Positions 1 through 11,009 of a stretch of 64,000 nt of DNA are shown in pieces. Numbering within the stretch: the first letter of the stretch is position 1; every line of letters starts with the position of its first letter. The notes under the pieces are model-generated. The model ran no database searches and was not told the origin of the DNA. It saw only the letters and a program-made list of their open reading frames with translations. The DNA comes from Raillietiella orientalis. Taxonomy: Eukaryota. The stretch is taken from contig JAYWIR010000016.1 in assembly GCA_036172245.1 (NCBI GenBank), positions 1 to 64,000 on the forward strand, written 5' to 3'. Both the position numbers and the translations under genes were made by a program.

Positions 1-1039
1 GCACCCCCCGGACCTCAGGGTCCAGGGCCTCCGCCGGTCATATCCCGGCCAGAGAGAACTCTTTCGATACATCCAGTGCTTCTGCTTTTCGCGGTACTCG
101 CCGATTTCATCTTCAGGGAGCATCGAAATGGGCAGGGAGAAGTTCCCCAGGATGGCAACCACTCGTGGGAGTGAAGCGCCGAAAGACGCCACCGAATTTC
201 CGCATTGCACGAGCAGGCAGCATCCGTTAGGTTCCCGTCTCGGCAAAGCGCCAACGCCGCCGGAATCCCAGCGGATTCCGAGGACTCCTTCGTGTGGTGG
301 GAAGAGGGGAGAGTTTCCTGGGCTGTTCCGGATCACTCAGTTATGCCTGGGCATTTATTTTATGAAATAATAAAATTACATTTGGGTGGTAGAACTCCCT
401 ACCACAGGCGATGAATCTGCCAGAGAGCGGTGCCCAGACGGGCGAGGTCCGCTCCGGCAGCGTGGGGAAAGGGAAAGCAAAAACAAAACAAACAAATAAA
501 CAAAACAGGGAAGGGGAATTTTTACACGGGGAGCAGGGGAGACCGAGGAAGGGATCACGGTACGCTGCCCGGAGTCCTCTGCATCCTGTCCAGGATGCTG
601 GCAAGTTCTGTCCGTACATCGCCCAGGTGGGGTCATCCCGAGGCGGTGTTCAGGAAGATCCGCGCCCAGTGGATGGCGTCCCTGCCATTCTGGTCTCTCC
701 TTCCTGCGATCCAGGCTGCCACGATTCCGCGGACACAGCAGAGGACTGCGAGGGACGCGGTTGGTGGAGGCAGTGAGGCGCGCACGAAAGAGACGTTTGA
801 AAATGTCCCTGGGGCCATACGCCGGGATCCCTAGGGCCGTCGCAAGGCGATCCCAAAGGGTTCGGAGGGCAGCCCAGCCCTGCTAAAGGTGCGAGAGGGT
901 CTCCTCCTTCCCGCACCTGTCGCACGGAGCGTCCAAGCTTCCCCGTGTCCAGTGGCGAAGGCACGCTTTGCATGCGATTCCCGCCAGCAGCGCCAACTCC
1001 TGCCGCTTGAGGGGAAAGGTGCCACTGTTCCAGCTTGCT

Positions 1040-1341
1040 GGGGTCACCTTCTTCAGAGGGATGTTAGGGTTCCTCCTCTGAAGAGAGCTCCGTAGGGACG
1101 CTTTCCAATTTCCCTGTAGGGCGCTCCACGAAGGGAGCAGCGCGCTTCTGACACTCTGGATAGGCAACCCACGAGGAGGAGGACGGTTCCATTTTCACAA
1201 CCAGTGTGGAACTCCTTGGTTCCTGGAAGGACCTCGGAGGGTCAGCTTTCAATCCCGGCTAGTCAACGGTCAACGAGGATATCCAGTTTCTGGCATCCAC
1301 TAGTGGCTCACCCGAATAGGCCAATCAGCGACCATCCTGCG
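1040..1341 (-). repeat. Segmental duplicate, copy 1, block A (homologous to ~56390-56741)
   Basis: Several colinear exact 10-17 nt blocks in the same orientation, with a ~50-nt indel relative to copy 2. Confidence 0.85.
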
Positions 1342-1414
1342 GGGTTCACCCTGAATCTGGCAAAAATTTCATGAAACCATCGAGACTGCTGTGCAATGGT
1401 GACGAGCATTAAAT

Positions 1415-1442
<28 letters not shown>
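1415..1442. repeat. (AC)n microsatellite
   Basis: Perfect AC dinucleotide run. Confidence 0.97.
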
Positions 1443-1445
<3 letters not shown>

Positions 1446-1588
1446 TAAATTCCATCTCTATATGCTTCCATTAAAAATACCGTCCATTACATAATACTCG
1501 CACAGTGAAATGTTGGACATTGAACTTGGGACTGCTTCATTTGCCACAGCCTGGCAAGTCAAAATGAAACACCAGTAATATGCATTAG

Positions 1589-1691
<103 letters not shown>

Positions 1692-2949
1692 AGTGCAAAT
1701 AATGGACTGCTTCTGCTGCTGCTGTGTTTTAAAAAATGGCAAAAACTTTGAAGTGCTGCAAAACTTTTCAAAAAATGTGAACTCCACAAGTAAGTCGGTT
1801 CAAAATTTCAAAGGGGCTGTGGGCACAGAATTCACATGTTTTTGACGTTTCACGCTTCTGTGCCTTTCCTGAAATCTGCAACATGCCACAGAACCACAGT
1901 TCCACACTTTCACTCAAAACAGCAATCACTTTCTGCTTTTATGAAACCGAAATTCATTGTACTTTTCACAGATACACCTTTGTCCTTTCATACATCTGCA
2001 CAATCTTCACAATCCCTAGGCCCCTCATGTACAGAAACACCAACTCCAACCCAGAACGAATTTCCACAACCTAAGATGTTACATCACTTGGAAGACAATT
2101 CACATCAAAATTGTCAACATCCAACGTTTTGATAATGACCTGTGAAAACAGACATCTTCAGAAAAAGTCAGGTTTTGTTTGTGAGAGTCAAATGAGTAGG
2201 CAGCCCAAGGAGTCAGGAAATCATGTGCAGACTTTGTTTTTCTTGAGTGAGTGTTGCTGTCATATTTTCAAGATCAAGGCTCACTGACAAGTAGGGATTG
2301 CAGAAACCTGGCAAAGCTGCAGGTATCACAACCTTGTGAATGTTTCAAGTCTCACAAAGGAAAGCAATGCATGCATGCTGCAAGCAGGGAATATGCTTGA
2401 CATTATGCACCAAGGTGTTGACCATGCAACCAATTATTTGGAGAACACCTGACACCAAAATGGAAGGCTGGGTAATGAATGCTGAATTCTGTGAGGTGAA
2501 GAATGCAGCTTGCATAACAGTTTGCGCTGCACTTATCCCAGCAAGCATTTCAGAAGTCCAGTTCAAAGCAAAAAGCTGGTGCTGTGCAGCTTTCAAAGCC
2601 TCTCCCTGTCTTTCATGCCTGCATGGGGCTGAACCCAAGACCCACCAAACCCCTTTCCTAAAAGCGCAGTTCACAAGAAAGCTGTTTCAGCGTTTCATGC
2701 ATTTGGAAGAACGAAGCTCCAAAGATGAAGTCGCATTCCACAGAGGTGAAGGGAAAGGGAAAAAAATGCTATGAACGCTCCCTCCCCTCTATCGAAAGGC
2801 TGCTTCATCCAGAGGCGTAATGTCGCGCACAACATTTCGCCCCTCCCCCCCCCCTCTCGGGGGGGGGGAGGGGAAAAAAAAAAAAAAAAAAAAAACCTTG
2901 AAAGTTCATGCAGTACTTAACTGTAACGAACACTTGCAGTGCAGCAACT

Positions 2950-3160
2950 TCAGTGGTAGTGTCTTCCTCCTGGGGCAGCCATGCACTCACGGACAACATT
3001 GAACGCAGATTGATGCTTGCGAAACGCTCGAGCGTGTGTCACCGATATTTACAAATTACAACCGCTCTCGTTCTAAATGAAGGGATGCAAACTCAGCCGA
3101 GCTTCTTTCATAACTCAAGAGGACGCCTTCGCTCCTCAACACCAAGCCATACACTACGGA
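2950..3160 (-). repeat. Segmental duplicate, copy 1, block B (homologous to ~56785-57027)
   Basis: The donor context is shared (GTCC|gtgagtgcatggctgc vs GTCC|gtgcgtggctgc). CGGTG..GCTCGAGCG..CAAGCA is shared, and there is a homologous ATG (3150 vs 57018). Confidence 0.6.
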
Positions 3161-3179
3161 CCCCGCGTACTACACCACG

Positions 3180-4130
3180 CAGACTTACGACGTAACAAGG
3201 AATCCCACTAATAAGCACACCTCTTCCGCCGAGGCGACGTTACTATCATAAACAATCCACCGCGCATGCGCCCTCCCTTGAGTCATTCAAGAGCGCAGCC
3301 AACCGGCTTGGGTTTCCTAGCAGCCAGCTCGTACGTTGCGGAGTACGTAGGAAGTTACGTTGCTACGTTCGAGATAAAAACAACTTATCTTGGAGTTAAT
3401 TTTGATCGCTGGCCAGGAGTCGGGCCGTGTATCTTTAATCAGCGCCTTAAATAGGCGCGCATCGAGATTGCGGGAAGGAAGGAGGAGAGGAAGAAAACAC
3501 GCACGCACTGCGAAAAGAAGCGCGCGCGGTCCGGCGTACACGAAGGGGGAGGAGGAGGGGGGGGGAGGCTGGAGGGGGTGGAGGGAGGGGCGAGCCGCCG
3601 TGCTCGGAGTGCGCGCCACCCCGCTCTTTGTTTCCGTTACGATCGCCATTTTTTCATCGTTTTTTATCTCCTGTTATCGTACCGGCGGTTCACGCGTGCA
3701 ACTTATGATGGGTCCGTGCACCGGTCGTGCCGGTTAAGTGGTCCTCCGTCTCGGGGGCCCTTCGGCGTCCTCCGTTCCGACGCGTTTCGCGGCAGCCTCC
3801 GCGCCCGGCGGAGCCCTCCCAATCCTCCCAGGCTGCTGCTGCTCCTGCTGCGCCGTTCCTGGCTCCCCGCGGATCGGCGCTCGCGGCCGCCGAGTCGGGG
3901 AGGACGCGCCGACGGGTCCCCCCTCCCACTTGAGGGGAGGGGGGGTTGCTCTCCCCCTTTGGGGCGGGCGGGACGGGGTAAAACTGGGCGGAGGAGGGAC
4001 GGCTCCTTCCGCACGCGGCTCGCTGCGCGGCGGCGTCCGCAGGGGGGGAGCGGAGGCCGCCGCCGCGGCAAGGATCCCCGCAGTGAATTCCCGGTTCACC
4101 GTTACGGCGAGAGATGGCGGAAGATGGCGC
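3180..4130. promoter_or_regulatory. Probable bidirectional promoter at the left edge of the GC-rich domain
   Basis: Contains an NRF1-like CGCGCATGCGC (3261), an X-box-like GTTTCCTAGCAGC (3312), clustered TACGT cores, YY1-like CGCCATTTT (~3644) and tandem AGATGGCG (4112-4129). A minus-strand donor lies at 3188. Confidence 0.6.
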
Positions 4131-7100
4131 GCGCGTGGGGAGCCTTGGCAACGCTCCGGCGGGGCTTGCTCGAACGGTCCGTGCTGGGAGGTCCAGCTTC
4201 CTTTCGCGTGCGCCCTTCGAGAAGCCTCCGCCTCCCCTCCCTCCGTGCTGCCCCTCCCCAGCAGCCGCCGGAACGCTTCCCCTCGCGTACCGTTTCTCGC
4301 TCAACCTCCTCCGGGGGAGAGGGCGGGCGGGGGTAGGAGGAGGGGTTGCCGGAAGCGCTCTCGCCTTTCTCCGTTGACCCTCCTCGGAGGACGTGGTCTT
4401 GTGGCGTAGAGTCCGCGCGCCCTTCGCAAGCGGGGTCCCCTGGTCGGTCGACCGGTCGGGCAGTCTGCGGCGCAGAGCGGCTCGCCAGCGCGCACGCGCG
4501 AGGGGAAGCGAGCAAACTCTCCCCTCCCCCCCCCCTCCTCCTTCTCCTCCTCGCCCTTCCCGCCGCCGCCGCCGCCGCCGCCGGTGTCGCCGCCGCCTCG
4601 CTCGACTGTTGCAGGCGCGAAGTGCGCAGCAGCGACGGACCCGTCCGCTCGCAGCGCAGCCTCGGAAGGAGGAGGGGGAGGGGGACGAGCGAAAGGAAGC
4701 GACCCCGCGCGCGCGCTCGCGGTTCCACGGAGGGAGCTCTCCCCGGCGTTCCAGGAAACGGGCGGAGGGAAGCTGAGGCGGCGGCGGCGGCGGAAAAGGG
4801 GGGGTGGGAAGGGAAACGAGGGGAGCGAGGGTGGGGGGACGCCTGAACTGGCGCTGTCGCGTCGTCGCCGTCAGCTGGCGGCGGCCAAGCCGCCGCGGCG
4901 GATGCGGCAATCTCGAGTCAGCTGGACCGGACGCGCCGCGTCTCCACGCCAGCCCGCTGGAGGCGCGTCAACGGAGGGAAGGGGGGAGAAGGAGAGGCTT
5001 CCCGCGCCCTTCCTCCCTGCGAGACACAGCTAAAGGGGAGACGGGAGCGGCGGCCCGCCACTTCACCCCCCCCCCCCTCGGTTGGCGCGACGAGGACGAG
5101 CGAACCGAGGAGGAGGGGAAAAACGCACCCCCCTTCCCGTTTTGGCTGATTGATTTCCCGGACAAGGCCCAGGATCGTCCGGGAGCGCGCCATCCTCGTG
5201 GAGCCGTTCCCCGCGAGCACCCATTCCTCCTCACCCCTGCAGGGACGCTGCCTCCCCGGGGCGCACGCGCCCCATCCCCCTCTTCCTCCCCCGCACCTCC
5301 TGCTTCCTTGCCCCCGGCGCGCGTCTCCTGGGTTCCCTCCACTCCACCTCGCTCCACCCCTATCTCCACTCTCCCGAAAAGAAAAAAGGCAAGCGGTAGC
5401 CCCGTCCTTCGGGCGGCCTTCTCCCGGCCGCCTCAACCCCATGCCGCTACCTCCCCCCCCCCCCATCCCAAAAGGACGACCGAAGGAAAGGGACCGCGGA
5501 GGAGGAGGGACGCCGCTGCGTTCCGGGGCGCGCACGCCCCGCTCGCTCTCCGCCGACTCCTCCCGGTAAAGTCGCCGCCGGAGGCGCGCGCGCCATCTGC
5601 CGCGCGCGCCGGTCGACGTTTGCCGAAAAAAGCCTTCGGTCCGAAATGCCGGAGGGCAGGGGCTCGGTCTCGGCCCTTCGCTGTTGGCCGGCAGGGGTCC
5701 GTCGCAGGAGACGCCTCCGAGCCGAGCGCAGTCGCCTTTCGGAGTCCCTGAACCTGGAGCTCCGGGAGGTCTCCTTCGGGCTGCGGACTGGCCCTCCATC
5801 GGGTCCGTCGTCTCCAGGCGGCCCCCCCGTCGCACCTTCGCAGCTGGAGGAAGTCCCTCTAAGTCGGGAGACGTGGGGGGATGCAGTGAGCGCTCTCTCC
5901 CTTCTTCCTCCCGGGATCCGGGGAGGGGGGCGGGCAGGCAGGGGTCGCCTCGCGGACAGCGTCGGGAGGTTGTTTTTGCTGCTCGACGCCAAATGGGGGT
6001 ATCGGGGAGCAGTCCTTCCTCCGTTGCGGGGAAAGAATGGTGGGAGGGAAGGTGTGGTCCCGGAGGGCGGTAGTCTCGGCGCAACGAGCGCCGGAGGCGG
6101 TTGGGGAAGGGCGCCCGAAGGAAGCGCCTCGTCGTGGGGCAGGGAATTCCCTCCCCGAGGGCTCCGCAGTGTCCCCCTCCCTCTTCCCCATCCCGCCTCA
6201 ACCGAGGGGATACCCGACTGCCCGGGGCGGACAGCGCGCACCCAGCGGGACCCCCAGGACGACCACTTCCCCCATCAAGAGGGAGTGGGGAGGCGGTCAT
6301 TCAACCTCCGCAACCCGACGCTCCGGCGAGGAGCCGGGATGGCTCTTCCTGGAAGGGTGGAGAGAGAGGCGGCCTTTCTAGGGTACCGAGGGCCTGCGTG
6401 CACGAAGTTCTCCTGCCGTTGCTTCAGGACTCGAACGCCCCCCTCCCCAGGAGCCGCCCCCATCGGTCGGCGGGACGAGGATGAGCGGCGGCCCCGATTT
6501 CCGGGAGCCTCCGGAAAGTTCCCCCGGGACACCCGCTGAGCAGCAACCGCCGCGGGATCGAGGGCGGCGCACCCAGGAGGAACCTGCACTGTCCAGGTCG
6601 GGCCAGAAGCGTCCCGGAAGAGTACGGATCGAGAAGGACTCCTCCCGCTTCCGCTCGATCCCTTCTGTTTCCCCCCCCTCTCCCCTCTCCTCTGCCTACT
6701 TCCCGGCGCCGGGGAGCGGAAGCGACCGCGACTCCGACAACGGCCGAAGGCGGTGCCGGGAAATGAAGGAGAAGCAGAGCGGGGGGCAGGTGACCCTGTC
6801 TGCCCTTCCAGTTCCCCCCCCCCCGTCCCTTCGATTGGAACCCGCGGCCGGTGGGTGAGGGCGAGGAGGAGGGATCCCGGGAGGTCGCGTGAGATTTTTC
6901 TTAGGGGAAGGGGGGGAGGGGAAGCGGTCTCCCTCCGTTGCTGTGTCGTCTGGAACGTCCTCCCCGAGGGGCCGGTGGACGACCTCCGACCCGTTAGGGT
7001 GGCGTAGAAGAATTCGGCCTTCTGAATCCCCATGAGACCACGGAGGAAGAGTCCTGGCTTGACCTTCCCCCCCTTCCCCTCCACATCACTCAGGGACTTC

Positions 7101-8076
7101 TCCATCGGCCGCAGCTTCCCAGTCGAATGTGCCTGGAAGATTCGGCGTCCTTCCCGCCCTTCCCTCTCTCTCCCGCCCGTTTGAGAGCTCCGGACGCCCT
7201 TCTCCCCTCTCCGCTCCAAATGGCGCCTGTCCCTACCGAGACCTTCCCCGTCGCTTTTCCGACGGAAGGTGGCGGCCCTCGCCTCCGGGAGTACCCTCGG
7301 GCTCGCGGGGGAGGCTGCAGATTGCGCCTTTCCTGGACACGAGAGCCTCCCCCCTTTTCGTCTCCAGTGAGGCCCCCCGCGGAAGGAAGGGAAGGAGAGA
7401 GAGGGACGGAGACCCTGACGGGACCCGACGGCTTCCCGGATCTCCGTCTCGTCGTCGCCAAGGCACGGGAAGAAAAGCCGGGCTGCGGGAGAACCCTACG
7501 TTCCCTCTCTTTCCCCTCTCCCGCTCGGAGCCGCACCCGCCGCCATCCCCTGGCGCTCCTCCCCCTCTCCCTCCTGCCTCTCCCCCCACCTGGCGGGACG
7601 GAAGGGAAGGAGGAGAGAACCCAGGACGCTTTCTCCTCCTCTTCTTCCTCCTTCTCCTCCTGCGTTCCGTAACGTGGCAACGGCAGAATGTGAGATGGGA
7701 GGGAGCCGCGCGAGTTCAAGGTCGTTCGGAAGCCGATGGTATCTACCCGTTCGTCCGCATTCCAGAGAGCAGAGCCATGACGGAAAATGGAAGCTGCTCT
7801 TGCCGCGGGAGGAGCCGCAGCTGCCGCTGAGGAACGCGGTCCTCCCACGCGAGGAGGCGCGGAGGAAAAGGGGAGAACCCCCACTCCCTCCCTCCTCCCT
7901 TCCTCCACCTCTTCCCAGGGGAGCGAAGGAGACGCGCGCGTGCCACTTCCCCTCTTCTCTCTCTCTCCCGCGCGTGCGCGCTACTCCCGACGGTGCAGCC
8001 GGAACGATACGGAAAGGTGAGGGGAGGGGGGGGGGGGAACACGCTCGTGGCCTCCAATGGCGGCAGCACGGCGGAA

Positions 8077-11009
8077 TCCCGCAAGGCCGGTCGAACTCTC
8101 CCCCGTGAGGAGGAGGGAGAGGAGGAGAGGGCAAAAGGGTTACGGCTACAGCTGCGGCACCGGTGGGCGGCGGCCGGGCCCACGAGCGGATCTCGGGCAG
8201 TCGTCGCCACTCCCTTCGGATGGGCGGGGATGGGACGACAGCGGAGCCGCGGTGATGCACCTCCCCTTCCTTCTTTTTGCCGCTCGGTGTCTCCGGGGCG
8301 GCGAGGGGTGAGGGTGGGACCAGGACGAGCGCGCCATCCCTGCTAGGTCGGGCGCCGAAGGCGTGCTGGGGAAGAGGAGACGTGGCATCAGCCCTCGCGG
8401 GAGGCAGCTGAAGGACGCCTGCGCTTTGCGCCCGAGGTTCATCCGTCGCTCCCCTTCGCCTGGGGGAGATCCCTTGGGGAGAAGAGAAAAGGGGGAAGGG
8501 GGGCAAGTCCCTTCAGGAAGGGCACCAGCAGACAGCCCCCCTCCCCGCGTTCTCCGTCCCTCCCACGGGAAGCACGGGGAGAGAAGGAGGGGAAGTTCGT
8601 TCTCCGTGGCACCTGGGAAAAGCTAAGTGCTTCTGCGAATGGCGCGAGCTACGGTCACCGCTGCGAGGGTCTTCGGCCCTTCTCCCTTCGCCGAAGGGAG
8701 AAGGGCTCCTCCCGGAGCGACCGAGAATGCAAAACCTCCCCAAGTGGCGAGCAGACGGAAGAGGGGGAGCGGCGGCGAGTGTGGAAGGGAGCGTTCGAAG
8801 AGGGATGGAGGTGACCGAGGTCCGAGGTGACTCCTTGCTCCCGTTATCCCTGGACGGAGGCGGGAGGGAGGAACGGACCTCTCCCCCTCGTCCCTCCAGC
8901 CCGTCCGCCGTCGCGGCGTAGCCGGGAGCGGACGAGCGCCTGCTGGAGTCTTCCCGGTCGCACTGATCTGCCACGAGGATGCGCGGAGCCACGGCAGTGG
9001 CACTCGGTGCATGCGGACGGACGCGCCTGCACCTCGGAGCCCGCGCATCCATCGCCGCCCGCCCGCCCACCCGACGTCGTTCTTCGCCTTTCCCTTTCTC
9101 TTTTGAGGAATTCCTTTGCGACCGCAAGGGGGAACACCTTTCCGTGACCTCTCTCTAGGGTCACGACTGCCGCCGAGGAACTTCCCCCGCATTCGCTCGG
9201 CGCACTGGGCGCGCCGGTCGCATCCCGTAGCGCTCGCCCGCTCTCCGAGAGCCGGCCGGGGAAGGGAAGCAACGGGAGATGGAAGGGAGGGGAGGAGCGA
9301 GTCGCCGTCGGCTGCCCTCCGAACTCTCCCCCCTCCCGGCCTTCGTTTTGGAAAAGGGGCGGTGTCGCCCTCGCGTCCTGGATGACCCGAGGAACCACTT
9401 CGTCGCGTGCGTCCACTTCCTACCGCCGTGGCTCCACGCCAAGGTGCAGCCGGATCGCTCCAGGAGTGGACGGGAAGCGCCTCCCCCTCCTCTTCCCTCG
9501 ACAGGCCTCCACAGAAGGACGCCTCCACTTGCACCTCTTTCCCACTCCCGGAGATGAGTGGGAAATGGTTACAGTCCCCCTTCCCTCCTTCGTGGAGAGG
9601 AGGGTGGGTCCCCTGAGGGAGAGGGGCTGCCTACTGGTGCCCTCTCGCTCCCCCGTCCTTCTCAAAGAGGCGCCTCCGAGAGCAGCGCGAAGGTGGGATG
9701 GCGCCGTCGTCGTCGCAGGGAGCGCGTGGCGGCGTCAGGAAGAGAGGGAAAGGGCAAGGGCAGGATGAATGGCTTTCTCCCCTCGAACCTACCCCCTCCC
9801 CGAGCTTCCCGTGGGAGGGACGGAGAACACGGGGAAGGGAGAAGCGGCGGCGCCGAGACCACAGGCAGGAGGGTTGAGGCGCAGAAGGGCGGTCGTAATG
9901 GCACTCCCATCGGAAAGGTAAGGGCGGAGCGAGGTCCAGTGGTTGAAGTCGGCTCAGTCTCACGCCATCCCCGCCCCGCCGCTGCTTTGCCCGATGCTGG
10001 CCTCGGCGAGGAAGGCGGAAGCCATGGGAAGTCGCCGTCTTGAGGCGGCTGGAGCCGCAAGATGCATCACTTCCTTCCTCCCTCTCCTTGCCTCCTTGCC
10101 TTTTCCCCCCGCCGCCCCCTCAAGGGTCAGCTCTAGTGCCGGCGATCCGAACACGGGTGCTGGGAAGATCCCTCTGGTCCTGTCCGTCCGCTCCTCTTGC
10201 CGCGCCAGCACGTCCGAAGCCTCGGGGATTCGCACGGAAGTCGCGACCTCCGAGGGAAAGGGAGGGAGATCCTCTGAGTCAAGGCAGTCGGTCGCGGAGC
10301 GTCCCTGCAGAAACGAGGGCGTGCAGGGCAAAAGGCACCCTTTCAGAGGTGGTCAGCGACTCAGGGTCGTGCGCCGGAGGACTGCCGGAGAGTTCAATCG
10401 GGCCAGTCGCTCGTTCTGCCCCCAGAGGAGGTCAGGAAAGGGTCGTGGTGCGCTGGCACTTTGCCGTCCGCCCCCGGTGAGAGCGACGAAGGTTTTCGAT
10501 CTCGCCATCGGGGTGGGGACGGGGGGTGACCACTGCTGATTTGCAGCGCTTCCGTGCCCCATAAGGGCATGAAAGGGCCTCAAGGGGAGTCAAACGCCGG
10601 GTGGGAGGTCCGAGGACCGACCTGCACGAGCAGAGGAGGGAAAGAGCCGACAAGTGCGACTCCTCCTCTTTCCCTCTTCCAGGGTGGCTGCGGCAGTGCT
10701 GACCTAAAAGGGATGGGAGCGCAAGAGAGACGCCGAGGGGCAGCGCGCATCCTGGGGGTTTCCTGCCGGCTCCACCTTTACCCCCCTCTTCCGCCCTGTT
10801 GATATCGAGCAGGAAGACGAAGTCCCCAGGGCAATGGGGGGGAGGAGGGGAGGCTTAAGAAAAGAAGAGGATGCCGCCCCCCGCCCCTTCAAAGGGAGTA
10901 ACAACGGCCTCCCGTGGGCCCGGCAGCCGCCCACCGGTGCCGCTGCTGCAGCTGCACCCCTTTCTTCCCCTCCTCCATACCAGGGGCGAGTTCGGCCGGC
11001 CTTGCGGGA
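8077..11009. repeat. Nested diverged inverted repeats: 8077-8184 / 10913-11009 and 8542-8581 / 9796-9835
   Basis: The inner pair is 38/40 identical in reverse complement. The outer pair shares tcccgcaaggccgg.cgaactc and gcggcaccggtgggcggc.gccgggcccacg. Confidence 0.85.

Noticed and set aside
564..745. In-frame TGA in 'NTASG*PHLGDVRTELASILDRMQ' as selenocysteine or readthrough
   Set aside because: There is no selenoprotein motif or visible SECIS, and other frames explain the exon equally well.
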